Of a DNA stretch of 64,000 nt, positions 54,434-63,814 are shown piece after piece. The notes beneath the pieces were generated by a model. It was not told the origin of the DNA, ran no database searches, and saw nothing but the letters and a program-made list of their open reading frames with translations. Both the position numbers and the translations under genes were made by a program. Origin of the DNA: Octopus bimaculoides (lineage: Eukaryota); contig NC_068982.1 in assembly GCF_001194135.2 (NCBI RefSeq), positions 98,789,159 to 98,853,158 of the forward strand. The letters are read 5' to 3'. Each line of letters begins with the position of its first letter. Positions within the stretch are counted from its first letter, which is position 1.

Positions 54434-55659
54434 CTGAGTTGTATTTTGCAAACAACGTTAACAACATGAATCAGATACATTTACTGTAGTTCTTTAGGCT
54501 TCTGTAATCCATGGTGGCCAGATTTCTGCTACATCATTTAATGTCTGTTGTCCATGCTGGCATGGGTTGGACAGTTTGACTGGGCAGGCATGCTGGAAAG
54601 CTGTGCCAGGCTCCAGTCTGTACATTATACAAAGTATAGATACGATCATCATCATCATCTTTTTAATATGCATTTTTCCATGCTTGCAAGGATCAGATGG
54701 AATTTGTTGAGACAGGATTTATATGGTTGGACACCCTTCCTGTCGCCAATTCTCACCTGTTTCCAAGCAAGATAACATTTCACAGTGTCTAGACAAGTTT
54801 CTCACAGAAGACTGGAAATGAATGACAATCACCTGTATGATGATGACGTTTCTCTACAACCACCATGTTTGCAAGTTCTTTCATTGCGTTGTCTCTGTAT
54901 TTCCAGCTTCAAGTAAAATAAAGAGAACTGATGTTGTTGGCTTCTCACACCAATACCAGTGCCATGTAAAGTAGCTGGTGTTAGGAAGGGCATCCAGCTA
55001 TAAAAACCATGCCATATCAGACAGTGAAGCCTGGTGCTGTCTCCTGCCTACTCTCCAACCCATGCCAGCATGGAAAATGGACATTAAACAAGGATGATGA
55101 TCATCATCATACTGACATTACTTCCACTTGTGAAGGGGCTTCCTATTTCTTTATAGTGATACATTAGTTCATTTTACATCTGTTTTTCAATGTTAGAATG
55201 GGTTTGGTGAATACACATTGCTGAGGCATTAACAGCCTGACACTCTTCTTGTTAATCATTATTTGAGTAAAGGATTTTAATCCAGTGTCAACATTAAAAT
55301 ACATATATGAATGATAAGCCTCCATACAGTCACCTCTCCCAACTTCACTTATAAACTAATGGTCAACATGGGTTGTCGTTAAAGACAATTGCTCAAGATA
55401 CTGAACTTAAAACCATGTGTATTTTTATATATATATATATACTCTTTACTCTTTTACTTGTTTCAGTCATTTGACTGCGGCCATGCTGGAGCACCGCCTT
55501 TAGTCGAGCAAGTCGACCCCAGGACTTATTCTTTGTAAGCCTAGTACTTATTCTATCGGTCTCTTTTTGCCGAACCGCTAAGTGACGGGGACATAAACAC
55601 ACCGCATCGTTTGTCAAGCAATGCTAGGGGGACAAACACAGACACACAAACACACACAA

Positions 55660-55690
<31 letters not shown>

Positions 55691-58600
55691 TACGATGGGC
55701 TTCTTTCAGTTTCCATCTACCAAATCCACTCACANNNNNNNNNNNNNNNNNNNNNNNNNNNNNNNNNNNNNNNNNNNNNNNNNNNNNNNNNNNNNNNNNN
55801 NNNNNNNNNNNNNNNNNNNNNNNNNNNNNNNNNNNNNNNNNNNNNNNNNNNNNNNNNNNNNNNNNNNNNNNNNNNNNNNNNNNNNNNNNNNNNNNNNNNN
55901 NNNNNNNNNNNNNNNNNNNNNNNNNNNNNNNNNNNNACTCACAAGGCTTTGGTCGGCCCGAGGCTATAGTAGAAGACATTTGCCCAAGATGCCACACAGT
56001 AGGACTGAACCCGGAACCATGTGGTTGGTAAGCAAGCTACTTACCACACAGCCACTCCTGCGCCTATATATATAGATATATATCCAGCTGTAGAAACTCT
56101 GCCAAATTTAGATTGGAGCCTGGTGTTGCCATCCGGTTTCACCAGTCCTCAGTCAAATCGTCCAACCCATGCTAGCATGGAAAGCAGACGTTAAACGATG
56201 ATGATGATGATGATGATATATATATATATATATATATATTATCATCATCATTTAACATCTGTTGTCCATGGGTTGGGCAGTATGACCAGAGCTGGCAAGC
56301 TTGGTGGGGCTGCACCGGACTCCAGTCTGATTTGACAAAGTTTCTACAGCTGGATGCCCTTCCTAACACCAACCACTTTACAGAGTCTGCAGGATGCTTT
56401 TAAGTGGCACTGCACAGGCACTATTATGTGTCACCACACAAGTGTTTTTATGTGTTGCTATATGGGCACTTTTTATACACACATAGATGGGGAGGAGAAA
56501 GAACACATATGTCTGCTTCAGACATGTTTTCTTATGAATAAACTTAGTGTTATATATGTGTGTGTAGATTAAAGTAAAAATGAAAAAGCAAAACGTTTGG
56601 CATCACTTGAAAAGGACATTTAATTTAGGTAGAGAACATAAACATACAGCTGTTTATTGAATAGCCAAGCATGTGGATCATCATATTGAGTAAGGACCCC
56701 ATAAACTGAGTATTCTATCACCACTTAATGCCAGTTGATGAAAACGCCTTATAAATATTGTATATATGTGTGTGTCTGTATACAGAATTTAAATATGGGA
56801 AAGAGCAGCAAACATGTTACCATTGTGTGTAATATAACACAACCACTTTACACAACAAGGTAGGGTTATTTTAAATAGAAATATATACGATCCCATGTTA
56901 AGCATTCTACAGACTGATTTTGAAATATTGATTTTTCAAAAGTTGAACATACCTGAACATATAGAAAAAATACAAAGTTCCAAATAGGTGATTATTATTA
57001 GTATCATATCTGGTTAATGTTTAACTGCATATTTTTTTTAATTAAATAACTTAATAAAGCTTGATTGAAAATATATTAACATACTTTGTTTTAAGTTGCA
57101 GTTAACAATACAAGAAAAATGAAGCACCAGCTTAATATTGGTAATATAAAAGACAGGTCAAAAACAAGAACAGTTAGCACGCCAGGCAAAATGCTTAGCT
57201 GTATTTTGTCTGTCTTTATGTTCTGAGTTCGAATTCCACCAGGGTCATCCTTGTGGGGTCAATAAAATAAGTACCAGTGGAGCACAAGGGTCGATGTAAT
57301 CAACTTATCTCCATCCCCCAAATGCTGGCCTTGTGCCAAAATATGAAACCAATATGAAAAATAGATCCGTTTTATAAATTTAAACTTCCCTAACCATAGA
57401 AAATATGAATACACTGTGTCTAGTACTGAATGCAGATTATCTAGTGTTGAATCTAGAAATGACAATGGGAAGCTGCTTCTAGTTCAGCTCCCTACTCGAG
57501 TTTCTAATTGCTTGAATCAGACTTGCCATTGGATCTGAACTCTGGTTCTGATTCACGCTGCAAACAACAGCTCATGTGCAACAGTTGATCCGATGATAAA
57601 GTAATGTCATGCGTTGAGAGATGATATCCACCACTTCAAGGCTATCATACATGACCATGAAGAGTGTTCAACAAGAAAATTATATATACCTGCTGGAACA
57701 ATAAAGAAACACTCACCCAAATCTCCTAATGTACATAGCTATTTAGAATACAGGTAAAAATGTTTTGTCCAAGTTTGTCGACCCAATTCGATGTTTCAGA
57801 CACTGTCCACCTCTTCCTCGTCAAAACAACTAATAGCAGGCTAAATCAGCTTCACTACTACTAAGTGTTGCTAAGAAACCCTTCGCTACTTTATAATCAT
57901 GTGGATGTCTTTCATGAAGAAGTGTTGAATATTTAAAAATATGCATGAAGTCAACGGAATAAACACAAGAAAGTAAAGTTGGGGAATTATAGAGGAGAAA
58001 TGTGAAGAAGAGACACTTCTATCTCTATTAGATTTTTACCGAAAACTGTTTTGACAAATTTGCAAACACTGATATTTTCTAACTGGACAGACGAACAATT
58101 TTGTAGGTAAAGTCGTCTGTATAGAACTCAGAATATTAACAGTACTTATTTGACAGCCTAAAAAGGGTGAAAAGTAAAGTAGCTTTTAACAAGATTTCAA
58201 CACCGAATAGTGAAACTAAATAAATACTTCAAGGCATTTAACTCTGACGCTCGACTAATTCGGCGAATTCTACCCGTCCTAAGACCACAAATTTGGGAGG
58301 GGGAGTAACCGATTAAATTGATCACACACACCATTATTACCGGCCATGAGAGTCCGGAGGAAATTTCTATATCCTTCACACCTGCACCCGAGGGGATCTG
58401 CCCCAGCTACTGACCCTTCCTTGTCTTGCTAAGTATGCACCAGTCCCCACAACTTGACTCGTACTTATTCTATCAACTCCGAAAGGACAGAAAGCAAATT
58501 ATTATCGACGGGATTTGAACTCTGAATGTAAAGGGACGTAACTGAACACCACAAGGCATTTTGTCCGATCCTCGACTGATTTTGCAATTCATAGTACTTA

Positions 58601-59406
58601 TTATCCTTCGGCACAGTATGTTTATCTGTTACGGGTTACATTTTGCCCCTCAAAACTGAAATGAAAGTAAGCTATAGTGGTATAAAGGACAGTTCTGAAG
58701 ACTGCAACTTCCTATTTCGTCTCATTATAGATAACAGTATACGTGTCTGATTCAAGAAATCATTAGCATTCTATTCAATATACATATATATTAATACACG
58801 CTTTCGTGTCACACCCTATTTCTGTGTTTACTTATTTGATAGTTTATTGAACTGCAACATGTTATTCTTTTTGCCTTTATGGTAAACAAGGAAACCATTG
58901 CTATGTTTATAGTATTTATTTATACTGAAAATAATGAGATGGAAGTGAAACTGTTTTTCTTTACAACAGGTATAAGTAGGGTGTGTACACTGACAGGCAC
59001 GCATTGTATTTGTATAATATTATATTACGTGTCAAAATTGCCAACAAATCACTGACTCAAGAGGTGTATGATACAGGTCACTATTAGGCTTTCTAAACAA
59101 CCCAATGAAATAAATATGATAAGCACAATAGCGTAACAAGGAAAAATTAAAACCTAATGAATATTGGAGTAAAAGGGAAAAAAATCAATTTTGATTTTGT
59201 CTTACCTTTATTATATATGGTTGTTTGTTATTATCATCCGAAGCTTTGTCATTGCTGTCTCCATTAGTAGCAGTAGTTTCCTGTGTATCTTCTGGATGTT
59301 CTTCTGGTGATAACTGTCCACTAAAAGAGTCCGATACCGAGTGGTTAGATTGATCAATGTGACGGCTGCTTTCAACTTCCTTCCCTTCAGCAACATTGGC
59401 CGCCAT
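783..59406 (-). CDS. PDXDC1: PDXDC1 ortholog, spliced 5' part (5 coding exons, 578 nt, 192 codons + 2 nt); continues beyond the left edge
   Basis: Joined exons read MAANVAE...PYIIK|[26 protein letters not shown]|[17 protein letters not shown]|[31 protein letters not shown]|[52 protein letters not shown] with no stop. All introns are GT-AG, phases 0,2,2,2,2. The last exon matches vertebrate PDXDC1 as I recall it (HMALLGHSLGAYISTLDKEKLRKLTTRILSDTTLWLCRIFR). Confidence 0.88.
2569..2661. repeat. (TG)n microsatellite
   Basis: Uninterrupted TG run of about 90 bp. Many other (TG)n, (TA)n, (AG)n and (CATA)n arrays occur, e.g. 16921-16968, 28376-28487, 35230-35346. Confidence 0.95.
3802..4170 (+). 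mobile_element. 5' fragment of the same maT-like family as 19733-21092
   Basis: tacaggatgtttaagctaaatttgac and aaagttgtag...aagttagctgacatgga match 19733-19900. Confidence 0.65.
4895..5288 (+). mobile_element. SINE family A, near full length
   Basis: Head, (TG)n core and tail are collinear with the 127-500 copy. Confidence 0.85.
5369..5668 (+). mobile_element. SINE/LINE-3'-end family B with (GAT)n tail
   Basis: ggaagggcatccagctgtagaaac...catgctagcatggaaagcggacgttaaatgatgatgatg; more than 20 related copies in the window. Confidence 0.8.
6692..7312. repeat. Long inverted repeat (two arms of about 300 bp, 15-nt loop)
   Basis: 6692-6989 is the imperfect reverse complement of 7005-7312; the loop is tcaaggaagatgtgc. 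Confidence 0.9.
7313..7500 (+). mobile_element. Possible non-autonomous Helitron/Helentron-type end fragment
   Basis: ctagcagtatagcctggcgttgcctggg resembles Helentron-associated termini as I recall them. A similar-looking segment lies at about 46460-46822. Confidence 0.35.
8726..8875. repeat. Inverted repeat, 59-bp arms with 32-nt loop
   Basis: acttaaacatggatgttctg...ccataagagaaa pairs with tttctctcatgg...cagaacatccatgtttaagt. Confidence 0.85.
8877..9115 (+). mobile_element. Family B retroposon
   Basis: Collinear with 5430-5660, ends in gatgatga. Confidence 0.8.
10913..11310 (-). mobile_element. SINE family A, degenerate
   Basis: Reverse-complement tail, (TG)n core and head segments. Confidence 0.7.
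12308..13720 (+). mobile_element. SINE family A split by an insertion and an expanded microsatellite (gap 13083-13344)
   Basis: Head 12308-12480 and tail about 13515-13720 flank the hammerhead-bearing fragment and (TA)/(CA) arrays. Confidence 0.7.
12662..12745 (-). ncRNA. Type I hammerhead ribozyme fold (Penelope-like-element-type) in PDXDC1 intron 4
   Basis: Minus strand reads uucc-CUGAUGA-GAAGGUUACAA...UUGUAAUCCUUU-GAAA-CAUAUG-UA-ggaa. Core boxes are intact; helix II has 11 bp with one bulge (G10.1-U11.1); helix III is the palindrome ACAUAUGU; cleavage triplet GUA; helix I has 4 bp. Confidence 0.7.
13800..14488 (-). mobile_element. Three head-to-tail copies of tRNA-derived SINE family C
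   Basis: Units at about 13800-14026, 14040-14248 and 14268-14488 each contain caactggtacttatttt...aatttgaactcagaa...ctgccagctcactgc. Confidence 0.75.
14862..14954 (-). CDS. PDXDC1: PDXDC1 coding exon 4 (93 nt)
   Basis: Acceptor aaacctttcag, donor CA|GTGAGT, phase 2 to 2. [31 protein letters not shown] occupies the position of human GQDMVSILQLVQNLMHGDEDEEPQSP. Confidence 0.82.
15067..15117 (-). CDS. PDXDC1: PDXDC1 coding exon 3 (51 nt)
   Basis: Very strong acceptor ttttctttttattttactgcag, weaker donor TT|GTAGGA, phase 2 to 2. (M)[16 protein letters not shown](L) resembles recalled human RTEEE...DIPGPLQ. Confidence 0.7.
15215..16135 (-). mobile_element. Decayed Tc1/mariner (maT/DD37D-like) transposon, 5' part
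   Basis: Frameshifted transposase: [22 protein letters not shown] (HTH), [55 protein letters not shown]. Includes a perfect 35-bp tandem duplication at 16050-16119. Confidence 0.8.
18310..18505 (-). mobile_element. Penelope-like terminal-repeat fragment between (TA)n arrays
   Basis: Minus strand TGAAGAGCGTAGCTCGAAACGTCA, a motif typical of PLE pseudo-LTRs. Confidence 0.45.
19733..21092 (+). mobile_element. Decayed Tc1/mariner (maT-like) element with TIRs, interrupted by a family B copy at about 20300-20397
   Basis: TIR core tcaggctaaattt / aaatttagcctga. Transposase remnants [14 protein letters not shown] and [18 protein letters not shown]...[13 protein letters not shown]. Confidence 0.8.
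21823..22052. mobile_element. piggyBac-like MITE with long imperfect TIRs
   Basis: TTAA on both sides; gcaatttcactgcagttaac / gttaactatagtgaagttgc plus inner aaggtgtagatacacc / ggtgtatttacacctt arms. Confidence 0.65.
23490..23975 (+). mobile_element. Family B retroposon with C-rich 5' extension
   Basis: Pyrimidine-rich leader, gtcttgcaag..., aaagcaccc repeats and (GAT)n tail. The same layout occurs at about 10310-10700, 24180-24850, 27020-27480 and (minus) 51115-51760. Confidence 0.65.
25189..25272. repeat. Perfect 21-bp tandem repeat x4
   Basis: cactgtcacttgtagctctta repeated four times. Confidence 0.95.
27550..29900 (+). mobile_element. Highly decayed Ty3/Gypsy pol relic
   Basis: Ordered motif remnants: YFVDMVIC (YxDD-like), TAELEAPA and [13 protein letters not shown] (RNase H), [18 protein letters not shown]. 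Many stops; interrupted by (AG)n, a SINE fragment and a MITE. Confidence 0.55.
29501..29698. mobile_element. piggyBac-like MITE
   Basis: ttaa|ccttttagca ... tgctaaaggg|ctaa (TTAA-like TSD with one mismatch). Confidence 0.65.
32683..32977. mobile_element. hAT (Charlie-type) MITE, 295 bp
   Basis: Perfect 16-bp TIR CAGGGGTTTTCAAACT / AGTTTGAAAACCCCTG with exact 8-bp TSD CCTTAGAG on both sides. Confidence 0.92.
33225..33590 (+). mobile_element. SINE family A, degenerate, downstream (transcript direction) of exon 2
   Basis: Head ggttgtgtaattaagaagcttgctttgcaaccatgtg and tail ...cagtgattgaaacaagtaaaagataaaaga. Confidence 0.7.
33777..33853 (-). CDS. PDXDC1: PDXDC1 coding exon 2 (77 nt)
   Basis: Acceptor gtttctatttcag, donor AT|GTGAGT, phase 0 to 2. 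[25 protein letters not shown] aligns with recalled human IADPTLAEMGKNLKEAVKMLEDSQR. Absent from the ORF track. Confidence 0.82.
35395..36200 (-). mobile_element. RTE-clade LINE 3' fragment
   Basis: [44 protein letters not shown] matches the RTE ORF2 C-terminal pattern (W..LA.DR..WR..V..G...FE). Confidence 0.7.
36500..37120 (-). mobile_element. RTE-clade LINE reverse-transcriptase thumb fragment
   Basis: KTKVMVVG...IKQVKFYKY and IYGCEAWTL...[15 protein letters not shown]...TNEWIL. Confidence 0.8.
41049..41455. repeat. 45/49-bp minisatellite, about 9 units, with higher-order structure
   Basis: Unit gtagtctgatttaagcaatttctaccattgtatccttcgttagct; the 49-bp variant (actacgaccactgtatg) recurs at 41049 and 41188. 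Confidence 0.92.
46823..47520. other. Largest assembly gap (other gaps: 264-331, 13083-13344, 19000-19099, 28428-28444, 55735-55936, 61303-61312, 61647-61740)
   Basis: Runs of N. Confidence 0.99.
47980..49204 (+). mobile_element. Decayed mariner (DD34D, Hsmar2/irritans-like) with TIRs and TA target site
   Basis: ta|caaggaggtacccaaaagtaactg and cagtttattttgggtatccccttg|ta. Transposase MKFCFLLGK..., [20 protein letters not shown]; stops present and the second-D region is deleted. Confidence 0.9.
49599..50560 (+). mobile_element. Decayed, internally deleted mariner (Hsmar1/Mos1-like)
   Basis: TIRs ttgggtcatcccataaataa / ttatttatgggatgaccc. Remnants [13 protein letters not shown] and [19 protein letters not shown]. 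Confidence 0.9.
53050..53522 (-). mobile_element. Cluster of two family B 3' ends around a family A head
   Basis: catcatcat...gtttaacgtc(c/t)gctttccatgctagcatggg at 53050 and 53380; family A head (reverse complement) at 53210-53368. Confidence 0.75.
54120..54238. repeat. Inverted repeat / hairpin, 119 bp
   Basis: Perfect 21-bp outer arms aaagatttggctgctatttct / agaaatagcagccaaatcttt plus 23-bp inner arms with 4 mismatches. Confidence 0.8.
55443..56064 (-). mobile_element. SINE family A, young copy (gap 55735-55936)
   Basis: Near-identical to the 332-670 segments; actcaca repeats on both sides of the gap. Confidence 0.85.
57170..57355 (+). mobile_element. SINE family C
   Basis: gcaaaatgcttagc...ttctgagttcgaattcc...aagtaccagt...ggccttgtgcc. 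Related fragments at about 58130-58320, 58440-58580 and 60130-60470. Confidence 0.7.
59206..59406 (-). CDS. PDXDC1: PDXDC1 coding exon 1 (67 codons, acidic low-complexity N-terminus)
   Basis: ATG in AAGATGGCG context at 59406; open frame to AAG|GTAAGA donor (phase 0); locally higher GC than the introns; frame-compatible with exon 2. No homology of its own recognised. Confidence 0.8.
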
Positions 59407-59470
59407 CTTAGAACGCTACTGCCCCCTACTTTACACGCTGGCAAATCTCACTCTTTCGCTTTCCTCCCAC
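59407..59470 (-). promoter_or_regulatory. Putative 5'UTR/proximal promoter of PDXDC1
   Basis: Lies immediately upstream of the exon 1 ATG and is locally GC-richer. TSS cannot be placed from sequence alone. Confidence 0.35.
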
Positions 59471-60130
59471 TCCCTCTTTCGTATTTGCCTTCTCTCTTTC
59501 TCTTTCTCGTTTCCTCTCTTTCTTTCCCTCTATCTCTCTTTCACCTCCTTGTTACTGACGAAATAGATTTCCTCTATATTTCTTTTCCCAGCTCTCTCTC
59601 CACCCGCTTTCCTCTCTTTCTCTCCCTCTCTCCTTCTGTTCCGTTTTTCTTTCTATGTATCTTTTCTTCCCCTCTCACTCTTCTATGTGTTTCTTTCTTT
59701 CGTTCTTTAATCAGTCCGACGCAATAGCTTTCAGAATTTCTCTTTCCTTTTCCAGATCTTGTCAGTTTTTCCGTCTTTTTTCCACCTATCTCTCAATCTC
59801 TCCTCCTTGTCTTCCTCTCTTTACCTGTTTCTCTACTCGTCTCTCCCTCTATATCTATCTGTGGACGTGGATATTGCTTAATTTCCGTCTCTCGTTTCAT
59901 TACTTTCTTCCTTTCACTTTCTGTCAATTAAATTGCAAGTCATTCCTTTTCTTTTTCCTCCTAATCGCCCCTTGTTTGGGGGGATTCTTTTTCCTAAGTT
60001 CAGTATAATTCTCAACTTAATCTTCTATTTTTCTTTCTATATTTCTACTGTTAATTCTTCGCGCATTTTAACCTTCCAGCTTTTATACTTATTTACTCAT
60101 TTTTTTTCTCTTCCACACTTGTTTTTTTTT
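59445..60130. repeat. Long pyrimidine-rich (CT) tract upstream of PDXDC1 (GA-rich on the coding strand)
   Basis: About 680 bp dominated by C/T on the plus strand with imperfect (CT)n runs. Confidence 0.75.
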
Positions 60131-60606
60131 TTAGTCATTCACCACTCTCTCTTTATCACATCTGGTTTGTTTACGTCTATTTATAAATTAAATACCAGTC
60201 ATGTACTGAACATGACTCAAATCGATTATACTCTATCCCTCAAAATGTGGCCTTGTGCCAATGTAAGAAATATATTTCTGACGTAGGTGCCAGGCCACAA
60301 GCAGGGATAGCAAGAAACGACTGGGTCGTCTTTTAGTACTGACCGGGTACTTCTTTTAGCAACCTTGATAAATGAAACTTGACCTCAGTGGGATTTGAAT
60401 TCAGAACATAAATAAAGACAACTAAATAATACAAGGTAATTTGTACAATGTTCGCCTTACTTTGTCAATCCATTCCCCTAAAATCATTATTTGTTACTAC
60501 TGTTGTTGGCATTTGCTGTGAAGTAATTCTAAATTCCAGTTTAGCCAAGTTAGAAACTAAATTTCAGTTTCCTCTTCTAATTATTTTGCTATGCTGACGT
60601 CAGTAA

Positions 60607-61876
60607 TGCTTTTGAAAAAGGCATGAGTATCATAGCTAAACTGCCATAAAATTCTATTGAGAGCCTGAATAGAGTATTGTGACAGTGCTACAGTTTTATA
60701 AAACACCCTTAACCACACCCCAAAAAGATCACCCGACTGGTTGACATGAAGTCACTCGCAATCCTCTGAGCGACAGATACGAGGGGGCGCTGAAATATTC
60801 CTGGCTTTAAGGGTGTCGTGAAAAGCCTGGTTGGGGGTCTAACCTTCCGAGTTCTTTTACAGGGCTTAGAAAAACAGAAGGACCGCTGCAATAAGTGTAT
60901 GAATTTGAGAGGGGGATATGCTGAATAAAATCATAATTAACTGATCCTCCTATATTTTCTTTTACCCAGAGCCTGTAAGTTTTCAGTATCTCCTTGTATA
61001 CAGTCTTTTCTACTGCTGCTAGAAGGGTTTCTACTCCTCAGAGCTGCTTGATCTTGTGCCAACTCTACACTAGTTCCCTCAACTTACTCATCTCTCCTCT
61101 CATCACCTATATTGTGTTCAATCCCACTTACAGGTCCTTTCCTAAACATTTCACTCATTCTTATCACCCTAGGACATCAAGCTTCTAGAATTCCCTCCTT
61201 GTCCCTGTTTTCTTTGCAGTTGTTCAAGAGGACAACCATATCAGTTTTACTAGACTTCAACAGTTTCCTATGACAGTCCCCCTCTCAAATTCATACACTT
61301 ATNNNNNNNNNNGGCATGAGTATCATAGCTAAACTGCCATAAAATTCTATTGAGAGCCTGAATAGAGTATTGTGACAGTGCTACAGTTTTATAAAACACC
61401 CTTAACCACACCCCAAAAAGATCACCCGACTGGTTGACATGAAGTCACTCGCAATCCTCTGAGCGACAGATACGAGGGGGCGCTGAAATATTCCTGGCTT
61501 TAAGGGTGTCGTGAAAAGCCTGGTTGGGGGTCTAACCTTCCGAGTTCTTTTACAGGGCTTAGAAAAACAGAAGGACCGCTGCAATAAGTGTATGAATTTG
61601 AGAGGGGGATATGCTGAATAAAATCATAATTAACTGATCCTCCTATNNNNNNNNNNNNNNNNNNNNNNNNNNNNNNNNNNNNNNNNNNNNNNNNNNNNNN
61701 NNNNNNNNNNNNNNNNNNNNNNNNNNNNNNNNNNNNNNNNAACCAGTCGGGTGATCTTTTTGGGGTGTGGTTAAGGGTGTTTTATAAAACTGTAGCACTG
61801 TCACAATACTCTATTCAGGCTCTCAATAGAATTTTATGGCAGTTTAGCTATGATACTCATGCCTCTTTCAAAAGCA
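60607..61876. repeat. Duplicated segment (direct and inverted copies) across two N gaps
   Basis: 60620-60953 equals 61313-61646; 61277-61302 is the reverse complement of 60891-60916; 61741-61876 is the reverse complement of 60607-60742 with 1 mismatch. Confidence 0.85.
60778..60998 (+). mobile_element. Mariner-derived MITE
   Basis: ta|cgagggggcgctgaaatattcctggc ... gcctgtaagttttcagtatctccttg|ta; internal sequence resembles a transposase C-terminus (DRCNKC...GGYAE*). Confidence 0.65.
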
Positions 61877-63814
61877 CAGCAAAAGAACCAAACCTTCAAA
61901 AAAATTCTCATTCCACCCAAACTGGTAAATATTAAAATAACAACCAGACGTAAGTTCCTGGCAAACTAATACTGCAGCATTTCAGTTACTGGCTGATACT
62001 AATTCACTTCCTATTACAAATGCTTTTTTGGAAATGAAAACTTGTGGCTTAGTGGACTGAGTGTTGCATTCACAATCATAAAATTGTGGTTTCAATTCCT
62101 GGACCAAGTGGTACATTCTCTTCTTGAGCAAAACACTTCAGCTGTAAATGAGTAGCCCTGCTATAGTCTAGTATCCCTTTCAAGGATAATCTTGTGATCT
62201 CAATCACTTTTATGCCATAGAAACTGAGAAACTAGCCACATGAGTCCTAGGACTCAAGATGGTAATGTCTTAGGGACTTACATTACTTTGTAATGCTTCA
62301 CCAGTTATCACTTCTTTACAAATAAAGATGTTTTCTTGTCCACATTCTGTAAGATATCCACAAAGGACCAAGTTGAACTGTTATCAAACACCTATTGAAG
62401 GCTTGATATTTTGTACTTAGTCATTGTGTACACTGAAACCGCCATAGGTACCAAACTACTACCTGAAATGTTTCATTAGCTTGCAGTTCTGAGTCAGCAG
62501 CCCAGCCAACATCTGCATCTATTGACAGACCCATAAGTGGTTGCTTGCAAAATTGACAAAGGGTGTCACTGACTTATATAGTACATGGTTTATCTCGTGT
62601 GTACAGTCTTTACTGTTGTTTTGTTCTTCTCACTCAACTATTTGATCCAAAGTAATAATTCATACATGTAGAAATTTCAGTTATTAATTTTCTTTCCCAG
62701 GTACCTTGTAACTTGGATAGTAAAAAAAGAAATAATTAATAAAGGTTGTTATTGATATGATCAAGTAAAAAGTCAAGATCAAATTCCTCTGTAATTTTTT
62801 TGCTGTCGATGTGCACAGAAATTTGCTTGCATACAAATTTTGTCTTTTTTTGCAAAGTATGTGTGTTCTATGCAAGTAACCACTGCTCAGATTTCTTTCA
62901 TTAAAAAATTCCATCTCATTTTGAAAACCTTTGTGCACTTGTAAAATGTGTGCGCATGCACAAGCATACAGCTCTGAGGGAACATTGATCTAAATCAACC
63001 ATAAAGTTACTTTCCTTCACTTATACCAAAAACACACTTGTGCATTGTGTAGTGACAGAACTGATTGAGAGAGAGCCATTGTATGGACAGTTGTAACATG
63101 ACACAAACCCATGGAAAAACTTTATCACATAATTACAAGTGAATGTAAACTTGTTTATTACAGTTGCAAACTGTATTAAGACATGGCACCCATCTACAAC
63201 TAGATGACATGACAAATGACAGCAAGAGCGCTATACTGTAAGAATGTACACCGTGCATTGCTGATGAAAATATTCAAGCCATTATCCCTTCAACTATTAG
63301 TTTGATACCCTATTTTGGTGGTGACAGAATTGTTTGAAACAGGGTAATGAATTGAATGAAAGTATTGTAAGTCAGTTGATTGGAGAACTTGAACTTAGTG
63401 CAGCAAGATAATAAAATGCTCATTAATAACACAAAACATCGACTGCTTATACATTATGATGTTGTAGCAATAGTTGTTATTTACAATCAATAAACACATA
63501 GGGCAGGCTTTATGATAATTTTGACTTTTATTACATGTAGCATTTAACAATATAAAAAGAAAAATAATATAAAATGTGACAAGGGAAAGTAAATTAGTCC
63601 ATTGTAGCTGTACATGAACTAGAAATGTCAATTTATCTTCAAAATTATTGATTTACCCACACTAAAGAAATATGTCACTATTTGGGTCTTGTTTTTCTTT
63701 CTTTATGTGTCTTATACAAAGTATGATATTAGTAATGTCTACTGGTTTACCTGTCAATCTGTTGCCACTTTTCCTATTTGTATGTGTGTGTGTATGTGTG
63801 AATATATATGTATC

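Noticed and set aside
61313-61646. Genuine tandem duplication
   Set aside because: It is identical to 60620-60953 and bounded by N gaps on both sides; most likely a scaffolding artefact.
62280-63300. Exons of a neighbouring gene or a transposase in the right-end unique sequence
   Set aside because: There are short ORFs and one good plus-strand acceptor at 62700, but no recognisable protein or consistent exon chain.
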